A stretch of 64,000 nucleotides of DNA from Chloroflexota bacterium (GTDB lineage: Bacteria; Chloroflexota; Limnocylindria; P2-11E). Of the stretch, positions 19,555 through 28,913 are shown in pieces. The position numbers were made by a program, and so were the translations under genes. The DNA lies in NCBI GenBank assembly GCA_005882765.1, contig VBDV01000111.1, forward strand, positions 49,545-113,544, read 5' to 3'. Under the pieces are notes generated by a model. That model saw only the letters and a program-made list of their open reading frames with translations. It did no database searches and was not told where the DNA came from. How positions within the stretch are numbered: position 1 is the stretch's first letter; each line of letters starts with the position of its first letter.

Positions 19555-20417
19555 GTCGCGGGTACGTCGGGCACAGAGCCGCGGGCTGCGACGAGGCGCA
19601 GCTCCGGGCGGCGGGGCCCGATCGCGAACCGCGCCACCAGGTAGGAGGCGAAGCTCAGCGACGTCACGAAGACGCTCACCGGAGCATTCGTGATGAGCGA
19701 GAGCAGGATGCCGCCGAGCGTGCACAGGAGCGCGATCGCGACGCTGTACACGATCGCGAGACCGGGTCGCGGCGTGAGCCGTTCCGCGGCGGCGCCCGGG
19801 GTGATGAGCAGGGTGAGGATCAGCAGGACGCCGACGACCTGGATCGCCTCGGCGACGGCCGCCGCCATGATCAGGAGGAACGCGACGGCGATCGCGCCGA
19901 CGGGGACGCCACGCGCCTCAGCGACCTCCGGATCCACCGTCGCGAAGACGAGTGGCCGGTAGATCGCGGCGAGCGCCCCCAGCGTGACGAGCCCGATCGC
20001 GATGAGCAGGGCGACGTCAGCCCGGCTCACGCCGGTGATCGTGCCGAAGAGGATGGCGAAGGCCTGCGTCGCGTAGCCCTTGTAGAGCGTGATGAAGAGG
20101 ACGCCCAACCCGAGGCCGAACGCCATGACGACGCCCACCACGACGTCGCGGCCGCGCGCGCGAACGCCGAGGGTCCCGATGAACACCGCGGTAATGGCGC
20201 TGCCGAACAGCAGCCCGAGGACCGGCGACAAATGCACGAGGAGGAATCCAGCGGAGCCGGTGAAGCCAAGCTCCGCCAGCGCGTGAACGGCGAACGACAT
20301 GTTGCGCGCGACGACGAAACCACTGACGACGCCCGAGACGATCGCGATGACGAATCCCGCCGCTATGGCGTTCTGAACGAACTCGTAGCCGAGGAGCGTG
20401 ACGAGCTGCTCCATCAA
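19551..20417 (-). CDS. znuB: metal (Zn/Mn) ABC transporter permease
   Basis: ABC-3 family, 8 TM. 4-bp overlaps with its neighbours. Confidence 0.85.
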   Translation of the reverse strand: MMEQLVTLLGYEFVQNAIAAGFVIAIVSGVVSGFVVARNMSFAVHALAELGFTGSAGFLLVHLSPVLGLLFGSAITAVFIGTLGVRARGRDVVVGVVMAFGLGLGVLFITLYKGYATQAFAILFGTITGVSRADVALLIAIGLVTLGALAAIYRPLVFATVDPEVAEARGVPVGAIAVAFLLIMAAAVAEAIQVVGVLLILTLLITPGAAAERLTPRPGLAIVYSVAIALLCTLGGILLSLITNAPVSVFVTSLSFASYLVARFAIGPRRPELRLVAARGSVPDVPAT

Positions 20418-21250
20418 CTGGTGTCACCGTGATCGACGACCGCGGCCGGTGGGTGGTGCGGCTCCTCGATGTTGAAGCCGGACTCGGTCGATTCCCCGAC
20501 GACCAGGATCCGGCCGTGAACGCGAATGACGTCGACGTGCGATCCGTACAGCTCCGACATCCGGTCCGAGCGCAGCACCTCGTCGGGCGTCCCCGCCGCC
20601 CATCGGCCGTTCACTACGAACAGGACCTGGTCGACCACGCGGAGCACCGGGTTCACGTCGTGCGTCACGAAGAGCACCGTGCCGCCGGCGCGGTCGCGCC
20701 AACCCGCGATGAGATCAGTGATGGCCTGCTGGTAGCGGAGGTCGAGGTTCGCGAGCGGTTCGTCGCAGAGGAGGATCCGCGGGTCGCCGACGAGAGCTTG
20801 CGCGATACGCAAGCGCTGCTGCTCGCCCCCCGACAGGCGTCCGATCGGAGCGTCGGCGTACGCCTCGGCTTCGACGGCCGCGAGCGCAGTGGCGACGCGC
20901 GCGTTCGCCGCCGGGTCGCGCCAGGAGACGCCCCAGCGGTGTCCGTCGATCCCGAGGCGGACGAGGTCACGCCCGCGGAAGGGGAGCTCGGGGTCGAAGC
21001 TCGAGTGCTGCGGGACATAGCCAATGCCAGGGTCGCCCCGATGCGGCGCATGCCCCAGCACGTCGATCCGTCCGGCGGAGGGCTCGACCAGGCCGAGGAT
21101 GGCGCGCAGGAGCGAAGTCTTTCCGGACCCGTTCGGTCCGAGGATCGCGACGAAGGTGCCGGGCGCGATGTCGAGCGACAGGTCGCTCCAGATGCTGCGC
21201 GCGCCATAGCTCAGCGTTACCCGATCGAAGCGGACAGCGGGCTCGCTCAT
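20414..21250 (-). CDS. znuC: metal ABC transporter ATP-binding protein
   Basis: GPNGSGKTS Walker A, LSGGEQQR signature and Walker B. The internal Met (MSEPAVRFD) is taken as the start. Confidence 0.85.
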   Translation of the reverse strand: MSEPAVRFDRVTLSYGARSIWSDLSLDIAPGTFVAILGPNGSGKTSLLRAILGLVEPSAGRIDVLGHAPHRGDPGIGYVPQHSSFDPELPFRGRDLVRLGIDGHRWGVSWRDPAANARVATALAAVEAEAYADAPIGRLSGGEQQRLRIAQALVGDPRILLCDEPLANLDLRYQQAITDLIAGWRDRAGGTVLFVTHDVNPVLRVVDQVLFVVNGRWAAGTPDEVLRSDRMSELYGSHVDVIRVHGRILVVGESTESGFNIEEPHHPPAAVVDHGDTS

Positions 21251-21267
21251 CGCGACGCTCAGGCTAG

Positions 21268-22188
21268 CTATTTCGCGAGAGCCTTCTCCAGATCGTCGAG
21301 CTGCGCGAGCTGCCACTCCTGGAAGGTTTTGAACGCCGGCGGGATCGTCTCCGCGACGGGGACCACCGGCACGTTGTTGCTCACGGCGAGCTCGCGGATC
21401 TGTTCGGTGAGCGGCGACGTCACCTGTGAGTTGTAGAGGAGCGCCTTCACCTTGTGGCCGGTGATCAGGTCGCGCTCGGTGGCGACATCGGCGGGCGCGG
21501 GGTCGGTGCCCGACTCGATCGCCTCCATGAACGCAGGAGGAGTCAGCACCTTGAGGCCCATCGCGTCGGTGAGGTAGCCCGCGACGTTTTCGGTAAAGGC
21601 GATGGGCGCGCCCGTGTACTTCGCCTTGATCGAGGCGATCTTGTCGTTGAGAGGCTTGAGCGCGTCCAGGTACTTCGCCTTCTGAGCGGAGAAGTACGCC
21701 GCGTTCTGCGGGTCGAGCCTGGCGAGCGCGGCCGTGACCGCATCGGCGACCTTCGGCATCGTCGCCGGGTCGTACCAGACGTGGACGTTGACGTCGTCCT
21801 TTGCGCCGAGGATCTCCTGCACGTTGATGACGACGCGGTCGGGCTTCGTCGATGCGCCGAGCAGCTTCTCCATGAAGTCGTCGTAACCGATCCCGTTCAC
21901 GATGACGAGCTTCGAGTCCGCGACGACCTTGGCGGTCGCCGGGCTCGCCTCGTATTCGTGAGGGTCGGCCGCCGGATCGTTCAGGATGCTCGATGCGATC
22001 ACGCGGGTGCCGCCGATCTGGGCGAGGAGGTCGGCGTAGAAGTTCTCGGTCCCGAGCACCGCAATAGGTGCGTTAGCGGTGGATCCCGCCGGTGACGCCG
22101 TGGGGACGCACGCGCTGAGAGCGAGGAGAGCGATTGCGATCGCGACTCGCCCGAGGACGCGGGTCGCCAGCGCCGAAACCATGGCCAT
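21268..22188 (-). CDS. znuA: metal ABC transporter substrate-binding lipoprotein (ZnuA/TroA family)
   Basis: LALSAC lipobox and a cluster-9 SBP fold. Confidence 0.85.
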   Translation of the reverse strand: MAMVSALATRVLGRVAIAIALLALSACVPTASPAGSTANAPIAVLGTENFYADLLAQIGGTRVIASSILNDPAADPHEYEASPATAKVVADSKLVIVNGIGYDDFMEKLLGASTKPDRVVINVQEILGAKDDVNVHVWYDPATMPKVADAVTAALARLDPQNAAYFSAQKAKYLDALKPLNDKIASIKAKYTGAPIAFTENVAGYLTDAMGLKVLTPPAFMEAIESGTDPAPADVATERDLITGHKVKALLYNSQVTSPLTEQIRELAVSNNVPVVPVAETIPPAFKTFQEWQLAQLDDLEKALAK

Positions 22189-22199
22189 CTCCCCGGTAA

Positions 22200-22216
22200 T
22201 TGAGAATGGGTCTCAA
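22200..22216. promoter_or_regulatory. 17-bp palindrome TTGAGAATGGGTCTCAA (candidate Zur box) 12 bp upstream of the znuA start, in the zur-znuA divergent region
   Basis: Seen directly in the sequence. A/T-rich inverted repeat in the right position for the zur/znuA operators. Confidence 0.5.
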
Positions 22217-22273
22217 ACTATGGCAGATGAGACTGAGTGTCAAATACCGGCCGCGGGCCTTATCCTCGCTCAC

Positions 22274-22702
22274 ATGAGCACCTCATCCATCGACACGCGT
22301 CTCGCGGCGGGAGGCCGGCGACGCACCGCTCAGCGGGTGGTTGTGGCGGAGGCACTGGCGTCGGCGAAGCGGGCCCTTTCCGCCCAGGAGCTCTACGAGC
22401 GGATCCGGGAGACGCACCCGACGATCGGACGTGCCACCGTCTACCGGGCGCTCGAGCAGCAGGTCGAAGACCGGATGGCGAGCCGGTTCGAGCGCGAGGG
22501 GCACGTGTCGGCCTACATCGCCTGCGACGCCGAGCACCATCACCATCTCGTGTGCACGAACTGTCAGCGGGTTGACGACGTTGCCGAGGACGTCGTCGCG
22601 CCGATGCTTGCGGCTGTCGGCAGGCGTCACGACTTCGCGGTGGACCACGCTGCGCTCGACTTCTACGGCCTCTGCGCCAGATGTCGGAGCAGGCGGCGCT
22701 AG
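22274..22702 (+). CDS. zur: Fur family zinc uptake regulator
   Basis: RRTAQRVVVAEAL, HHHH and CTNC...C..C motifs. Divergent from znuACB. The track ORF from 22079 is an N-extension. Confidence 0.8.
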   Translation: MSTSSIDTRLAAGGRRRTAQRVVVAEALASAKRALSAQELYERIRETHPTIGRATVYRALEQQVEDRMASRFEREGHVSAYIACDAEHHHHLVCTNCQRVDDVAEDVVAPMLAAVGRRHDFAVDHAALDFYGLCARCRSRRR

Positions 22703-22712
22703 ACGCGCTCGT

Positions 22713-23609
22713 TCACGGGTGCGAGCCACTCTCCAGGCGCTTGCGATCTTCGGTCTCGAGCTGGAAGGTCGAGTGCTCGATGTCGAAGTCGCCGCGAAGG
22801 CAGGTCGCTAGGTCGTCGAGGACGCTGCTGGGATCCGCGCCGCGCTGCATGACCACGTGGGCTGAGATCACGTTGACGCCGCTCGTGATCGTCCAGACGT
22901 GGAGATCGTGGATGTCGAGGACACCGCTGCATGCGAGCACGTGCTCGCGTAACGTGTCGACGTTCACGTCGCGTGGCGTGGCTTCGAGGAGCACGTCGAT
23001 CGCCTCGCGGAGCAAGCTGACCGACCGCGGCACGATGAGCGCGACGATGAGGAATGCCGCGAACGTGTCGGCCAGCTGCCGGCCGGCGAGAATGTTCGCA
23101 AGCGCAGAGATGATCACGGCAACCGACGCCGCGACATCCGCAAGCACATCCAGATACGCGGCCCGCACCGCGAGCGCCGCATGCGGGTCGCGGAGCAGAT
23201 AGATCGACACGCCGTTACTCACGAGGCCGACCGCGGCCACGGCAAGCACGACGCCGCTCTGCACCTGCGACGGCTCGCTGAACCGCCGCAAGCCTTCCAC
23301 GAGCACCACGGCCGCGACGACGAGCAGGAGGACCGTGTTGAGCACGGTCGCCAGGATCTCGAGCCGGAGCAGCCCGAACGTGCGGCGGTCGGTGACCGGT
23401 CGGCTCCCCAGCCATAGCGCGACGAAGGCGATGCCGAGTGCGACCACATCGATGAGGACGTGGAACGCCTCGGCGAGGAGCGCCAGGCTGTTTGCAAAGA
23501 TCGACGCCGTCGCTTCGACCGCGAAGACGACGATGGCGAGCGCCAGCGCAATCAGGAGGCGCGTCCGCTGTCCGGCCCGTTGACGCACGGAACGAACGGT
23601 ACAATTCAT
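22713..23609 (-). CDS. cation diffusion facilitator (CDF) family metal exporter
   Basis: 298 aa with 6 TM plus a C-terminal cytoplasmic domain (HDLHVWTITSG). Start defined by ATG at 23609. Confidence 0.85.
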   Translation of the reverse strand: MNCTVRSVRQRAGQRTRLLIALALAIVVFAVEATASIFANSLALLAEAFHVLIDVVALGIAFVALWLGSRPVTDRRTFGLLRLEILATVLNTVLLLVVAAVVLVEGLRRFSEPSQVQSGVVLAVAAVGLVSNGVSIYLLRDPHAALAVRAAYLDVLADVAASVAVIISALANILAGRQLADTFAAFLIVALIVPRSVSLLREAIDVLLEATPRDVNVDTLREHVLACSGVLDIHDLHVWTITSGVNVISAHVVMQRGADPSSVLDDLATCLRGDFDIEHSTFQLETEDRKRLESGSHP

Positions 23610-23663
23610 GTGCGCGGTCCTCGCGGCTTGGAGGCTCCCCACTTGGCTCAGATCAGTCCCGAC

Positions 23664-24695
23664 ATGACCATCTCCAGCGTCGTCGAGCGTTGGCCCGACG
23701 CGGCGCGGATCTTCGCCCGTTACGGGCTCTCGTGCGCTTCGTGCTCGATCTCGAAGAGCGAGACGATCATGGCCGGCGCGACCGGGCACGGCGGCGGCCG
23801 CGTCAATGTCGGGGATCTCATGCGCGACCTGAACACCTACGCCGATAGCGGCAAGCTTCCGGACAACCTGCCGGCCGCGAACGCGACCGCCGGGTCGGCG
23901 GGCATGAAGATGCGCGGGATGGCCGAGCAGAAGGGCATCAAGCACGTCATCGCGGTCATGTCCGGCAAGGGCGGAGTGGGGAAGTCGCTCGTGGCCGGTC
24001 TGCTGGCCGTGGGGCTGAAGCGTCGCGGCTTTCGCGTCGGCGTGCTCGATGGCGACATCACGGGGCCATCGATCCCGCGGATGTTCGGCGTCCGGGAGAA
24101 GCCTGTGTCGTCCGACGGCAAGACGCTCAACCCGCCGAAATCGCGCGGGGGCATTCCGATCATGTCGATGAACCTGCTGCTGCCCGAGGAGGGCGAAGCG
24201 GTGATCTGGCGCGGTCCGATGGTGTCCGGCGCGATCCGCCAGTTCTTCAGCGACGTCAACTGGGGCGAGCTCGACTACCTCATCGTCGATCTTCCACCCG
24301 GGACGAGCGACGCGCCGCTCACCGTGATGCAGGCGCTGCCGGTCGATGGTGTGGTGCTCGTGACGACACCGCAGGCTCTGGCGGCGATGGTCGTGACCAA
24401 GGCGGTCAAGCTCGTGAAGCAGCTGGGCGGTGACATCCTCGGCATCGTCGAGAACATGGCCTACGTGCGCGTACCCGACGGCTCGACGATCGAGGTCTTC
24501 GGTCCGTCCCAGGGCCTCAAGCTCGTCATCGCCTCCAATGCACCACTCATCGCGAAGCTCCCGATCGATCCCGAGATCGCGAGGCTCGCGGACGCGGGTC
24601 TCATCGAGTCGTACGAATCGCCCGAATCCGAGGAGCTCATCGTGAACTTCCTCGAGCGCGCCCCGGAGAAGCACCCGCAGGTCCCAGTCGCATAA
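23664..24695 (+). CDS. Mrp/ApbC-type Fe-S cluster carrier ATPase with an N-terminal DUF1858 domain
   Basis: N-terminal MTISSVVERWPDAARIFARYGLSCASCSI is DUF1858-like. It is followed by GKGGVGKS Walker A and the CxxC carrier motif region. Confidence 0.85.
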   Translation: MTISSVVERWPDAARIFARYGLSCASCSISKSETIMAGATGHGGGRVNVGDLMRDLNTYADSGKLPDNLPAANATAGSAGMKMRGMAEQKGIKHVIAVMSGKGGVGKSLVAGLLAVGLKRRGFRVGVLDGDITGPSIPRMFGVREKPVSSDGKTLNPPKSRGGIPIMSMNLLLPEEGEAVIWRGPMVSGAIRQFFSDVNWGELDYLIVDLPPGTSDAPLTVMQALPVDGVVLVTTPQALAAMVVTKAVKLVKQLGGDILGIVENMAYVRVPDGSTIEVFGPSQGLKLVIASNAPLIAKLPIDPEIARLADAGLIESYESPESEELIVNFLERAPEKHPQVPVA

Positions 24696-24775
24696 AGCGT
24701 GAACTCCGCGTAGATCAGCTCACGCTCGCCGAGGCGCGCCGCCTCGCGGTACGCGCGCAGCTCCTCGACCGGACA

Positions 24776-25891
24776 GTGCGTCCCAGTGCCCGCTCGATCC
24801 TACAAACGGTCGAGCACCTCGGCTACCTCCAGCTCGATCCGACGAACGTGGTCGCGCGCAACCACTTATTGATCCTCTGGTCGCGGTTGGGCCGATACGA
24901 TCGCGCGGACCTCGATCGCCTGCTCTGGACCGACAAGGCACTGTACGAGACGATCTCGTTCATCCTGCCGACCTCGGATCGGCCGCTCCACGAAGTTCGG
25001 ACGCGGACGATCCGGCGGGGCTTCGATCCGGCCTCGCGAACGGGTCGGATGCATAAGTGGATCAAGAAGAACGATCTTCTGCGACGCGACATCATCGCGC
25101 GGCTTCGGAAGCACGGATCGCTGCCTCTTACCGCCTTCGAGGACCGCGCGACCGACTCGTGGACGAGCTCCGGGTGGACCTCCGACCGCAACGTGTCTCA
25201 GATGCTCATGTTCCTCCTCCGGCTGGGCGAGGTCGCCGTCGGGGGGCGCGCGGGCGGGAAGAAGATGTGGACGCTCGCGAAGGGGTGGCTCCCGAGCGTC
25301 CGGCCCATGACCGCGAAAGCGGCCGCGCGTGCCGCTACGGAGCGCGCACTCGGGGCGCTCGGTGTCGCGACGTTCAGAGAGCTGCAGCTCGCCTACGCGG
25401 TCGGCTACCACGTGACGGCGGATGCCCTGGCCTCGTTGGAGCACGACGGCATCGCGCGGCGCGTCACGATCGAGGGGCTACGCGGACCTCACTTCGCCCA
25501 CGTAAAGCTGCTGCGCAAGCGTGCCGCGGAGCCAGAGCGCACCACGCTGCTCTCTCCGTTCGACAGCTTGATCATCAACCGCCCGCGCACCGAGCTCCTG
25601 TTCGGGATGCGGTACCGGATGGAGATCTACGTGCCGAAGCATCTACGCGTTCGCGGCTTCTGGGCCATGCCCATCCTGCACGGCGAGCAGCTCATCGGCA
25701 CCGTCGATCCCAAGGTCGACCGCGAGCGCGGCCGACTCGACGTGATCACGTTCCGGCTCGAACGCGACGCGCCGCGGGATCGATCGACCCGCCGAGCCAT
25801 CGAGACCGCGGTCGAGGATCTCGCCGCGTTCGCGGGTGCGACCGAGGTGACCTGGCCAAAGGGGATCGCTTCGTCATACTCCCGGCGGTGA
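24776..25891 (+). CDS. winged-helix DNA glycosylase-like protein (YcaQ/AlkZ, DUF1006 family)
   Basis: Family similarity throughout. The GTG at 24776 is the first canonical start. In-frame upstream sequence (…RELRVDQLTLAEARRLAVRAQLL…) looks like the family's N-terminus, so the true start may lie upstream. Confidence 0.65.
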   Translation: MRPSARSILQTVEHLGYLQLDPTNVVARNHLLILWSRLGRYDRADLDRLLWTDKALYETISFILPTSDRPLHEVRTRTIRRGFDPASRTGRMHKWIKKNDLLRRDIIARLRKHGSLPLTAFEDRATDSWTSSGWTSDRNVSQMLMFLLRLGEVAVGGRAGGKKMWTLAKGWLPSVRPMTAKAAARAATERALGALGVATFRELQLAYAVGYHVTADALASLEHDGIARRVTIEGLRGPHFAHVKLLRKRAAEPERTTLLSPFDSLIINRPRTELLFGMRYRMEIYVPKHLRVRGFWAMPILHGEQLIGTVDPKVDRERGRLDVITFRLERDAPRDRSTRRAIETAVEDLAAFAGATEVTWPKGIASSYSRR

Positions 25892-27153
25892 TCGCCCGAG
25901 CCCGCGCGAATGCCGGCGCGCTGTGGCTCCTCGCCGCGACGACCGTCGCGAACGTGCTCGGATTCGGCTACCAGCTCGTAATGGCCCGGCTGCTCACCGC
26001 CGAGCAGTACGCGATCCTCATCGCGCTCTTCGGCGTGCTCATCCTCGAAGCCATCTCCAGCCAGGTGATCCAGTCGGCGACGGCGAAGCTCACAGCCCAA
26101 TACCGCGCGCGAAGCGACGAGGCTGCCTTGCATCAGTTCGTGCGACGCTGGTCGATCCGCGTCGCCATCGCCATGGCGGCCCTCGCGCTCGCGATTGTGG
26201 CGCTCTCCGGACCGATCTCGCGGGCCCTTGTGCTCCCTTCGCTCGCGGTGATCTTCCTCGGCGTCGGTCTCTTCTTCGCCGGCATGATGACCTTCGCCCT
26301 CGGTCTGCTTCAGGGCCTGGCTCGTTTCGGCTGGATGGGAAGCGTGCTCATCGTGCAGGCCGCCGCCCGCCTCGTGATCGGCGTCGCGCTTGTCCTGATC
26401 GGTCTCGGCGTGAACGGAGCATTTGCCGGCGCGACGGCGGCCATCGCTGTGAGCGTGCTCGTCGCGTCGGTCCCGCTGGCCCCGCTCCTCCGCGCGGCGC
26501 GCCGATCAACGGCGGTCGTCGAGCTCGCGGCGTCGGAGACGAGGTTCTTCGCCCTCGCCGCGGTGGTCCTGCTCGCATATGCGGCGCTGACCAACATCGA
26601 CGCGGTCCTCGCCCCCGCGGTCCTGAGCCCAGCCGACGCCGGCACCTATGCGGGCGCGGTGACGCTCGGCAAGATCGTGCTCTTCGCACCGATCGCTGTC
26701 GGATTCCTGCTTCTCGAGCGGACGGCTCGCGCGCACGCGCGCGGCGAGCCAACGGAGCGCGCTCTCTTCCTGTCGCTCGGCCTCGTTCTCGCCACCAGCG
26801 GTGTCGCGGCGCTCGCGTATGTCGCCGCGCCAGGTTTCTTCGTCGGCCTCATCGTCGGGAGCCAGTACCCCGCGACGGTTTCCGTCGCTCCGGTCTATGG
26901 CATCGCCGCCTTGTCGAATGCGCTCCTGAATCTCTGGATCAGCTACTTCGTCGGGCGCGGCGAGATGCGCGTGGGTGTCGTCCTCGCGCTCGCCGTCGTG
27001 GCGGAGGTGATCCTCCTGGTGAGCGCGGCGACCGACGCCCTGTCCGTCGCGCGGATCGTTCTTCTCGTCGCGCTTGCCACGCAGGCGGTCGCGATCGCGA
27101 CCTTCTTAATCGAGCGGAGCGGTCAGACCAAGGTCGCGCTGACGCCGCGCTGA
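25888..27153 (+). CDS. MOP-superfamily polysaccharide/oligosaccharide flippase (Wzx-like)
   Basis: 421 aa with 12-14 TM. GTG start overlaps the upstream stop (GTGA). Confidence 0.7.
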   Translation: MIARARANAGALWLLAATTVANVLGFGYQLVMARLLTAEQYAILIALFGVLILEAISSQVIQSATAKLTAQYRARSDEAALHQFVRRWSIRVAIAMAALALAIVALSGPISRALVLPSLAVIFLGVGLFFAGMMTFALGLLQGLARFGWMGSVLIVQAAARLVIGVALVLIGLGVNGAFAGATAAIAVSVLVASVPLAPLLRAARRSTAVVELAASETRFFALAAVVLLAYAALTNIDAVLAPAVLSPADAGTYAGAVTLGKIVLFAPIAVGFLLLERTARAHARGEPTERALFLSLGLVLATSGVAALAYVAAPGFFVGLIVGSQYPATVSVAPVYGIAALSNALLNLWISYFVGRGEMRVGVVLALAVVAEVILLVSAATDALSVARIVLLVALATQAVAIATFLIERSGQTKVALTPR

Positions 27154-27182
27154 CACGTCACGCCGCTACCCTCCGTGGTCGC

Positions 27183-28913
27183 ATGCCCCCTTCCAGCACG
27201 CTCCTCCGCGCAGCTCTCGCGCTGACGGCGACGGGGATCGTCTCCGCCGCGAGCATCCGGCACGTGCAAGAGGAGAGCGGTACCGATGTCATGTTCGCGA
27301 TTGCCTACGCGTTTTATCTCTCACTCATCCTGATCGCGACCCCGCGCCACCCGCCGCGATGGGCGCCCGTCCTCGGCTTCGCGTTCGCGGCGATCACGTA
27401 TGCCGTCGCGATCATGACGCTCAACGGGAACGTGTTTGCCGTCGGCCTCTACCTGGTCGTGACCGTTCTTGGGTACATCGCCACGCCGACGACGTTTCGA
27501 CCGTTGACCGTCGCTGCGTTCGCGCTCTGGACGCCGGCCATCCGGTTCTTCGGCCCCGATCCGCTCGCCGGCCAATTCCCGCCGCTTCTGGCCTTCGCGT
27601 CCGTCCTCTCGCTCATCAACCTCGTGGCCACGCTCCTCGATCGGACCGCGCGCGATCCGGACGAGCGGCTTCGCCGCATCGGCCTCGGGCTGCTCGCGGT
27701 CGCGACCGTGGCGACGGTCGTCGAGCGGCACCTGGCCGTGGAGTCGCTGGTCATCGCACCGGACGACGTGATGGCGCTCGTCGTCGTCAGCGTGCTCCCG
27801 CTTCTCGCCGTCGCGCGGCTACGGCCGTCGACGCGGGACGCGATCGCGACCGGTCTGGCGCTCGCGACCTTCGTGCTCGCGGCGATGGCGCTCATCCTGG
27901 GGAAGGGCTACCACGTGGACGCTGTCACGGTGCCGCACGTCGCGGCCCAGGAGCTTCTTGCGGGTCACGATCCCTACTCGACCTTCGATCTTCCGGCAGC
28001 GCTGGCCCAGTTCGGGATGAACCCCGATCTTGTGACGCACTACGAGGACGGAACCGTCGTGCGCTCGCTCAACTATCCCGCGCTGAACTTTCTTCTGGTC
28101 ACGCCGTTCATCGCCCTCGGCGCGACCGACATCCGCTGGATCTACCTCGTGGAGATCATCGCGCTCGTCCTCATCCTGCTTCGGAAGGTGCACATCCCCT
28201 GGCGTCCCCTCGTGTCGGCAGGCGTGGTCGGCAACACCGTCATCGTGCGCCAGAACATCCTCGCGGGCGTGGACCCCACCTGGTGGGCGCTCCTGACACT
28301 CGCCTGGATCTTCGTCGAGTCGCGCTGGCTTTCGGCGATCGCGGTCGGGCTCGCGGTCGCGTCGCGCCAGCCCGCCTGGTTCGCCGCTCCTTTCTATGTG
28401 GTCGCCATCTGGAAGCGGAGCGGCCGGGCCGAAGCGCTCCGTCGCACGGCCATCGTCGCGGTCGCCGCGCTCGCCCCGAACCTTCCGTTCATCGTCGCCA
28501 ACCCGGATGCATTCTTCGACGGCATCGCTCAACCGATGCTCGGCGCGTTCGCTCCGTACGGCGTCGGCTTCGTGCGACTTGGACTCGACGGTCCGTTCCC
28601 GCTTCTGCCGCGCGCCGCATACGGACTGCTCTCGGCGGTTTCGTTCCTCGGACTCATCGCCATCCTCTGGCGGTTCTGGCGCCGCGTGCCGATCGGCGCG
28701 GTCATCTTCCCGTTCGTTCCGCTCTATCTCGCGTGGCGCTCGCTACAGAACTACTTCGGCTCGGTACCTCTCCTCGCCATGGCGGGCGACGACGAACTCA
28801 TCGTCGGGACCGCCGCCGAGCGAGTGGAGCCGAGCGCCGTGAGTGCCTTCGCAGCGTCCACGACGCCCGCGCCGGCCACATCCGGGGCCAGCCCGAGGTC
28901 GTCCGCGCTCTGA
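27183..28913 (+). CDS. polytopic membrane protein (possible GT-C-like glycosyltransferase)
   Basis: 576 aa with many TM segments. The 3' 160 nt overlap the convergent S8 protease gene, so its C-terminus may be shorter. Confidence 0.5.
   Translation: MPPSSTLLRAALALTATGIVSAASIRHVQEESGTDVMFAIAYAFYLSLILIATPRHPPRWAPVLGFAFAAITYAVAIMTLNGNVFAVGLYLVVTVLGYIATPTTFRPLTVAAFALWTPAIRFFGPDPLAGQFPPLLAFASVLSLINLVATLLDRTARDPDERLRRIGLGLLAVATVATVVERHLAVESLVIAPDDVMALVVVSVLPLLAVARLRPSTRDAIATGLALATFVLAAMALILGKGYHVDAVTVPHVAAQELLAGHDPYSTFDLPAALAQFGMNPDLVTHYEDGTVVRSLNYPALNFLLVTPFIALGATDIRWIYLVEIIALVLILLRKVHIPWRPLVSAGVVGNTVIVRQNILAGVDPTWWALLTLAWIFVESRWLSAIAVGLAVASRQPAWFAAPFYVVAIWKRSGRAEALRRTAIVAVAALAPNLPFIVANPDAFFDGIAQPMLGAFAPYGVGFVRLGLDGPFPLLPRAAYGLLSAVSFLGLIAILWRFWRRVPIGAVIFPFVPLYLAWRSLQNYFGSVPLLAMAGDDELIVGTAAERVEPSAVSAFAASTTPAPATSGASPRSSAL

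Noticed and set aside
25057-27153. 698-aa and 996-aa (25923..28913) + ORFs
   Set aside because: Their first halves are out of frame with, or overlap, the AlkZ-like gene and consist of Arg-rich artefact. Only the distal parts (25888..27153 and 27183..28913) look like genes.
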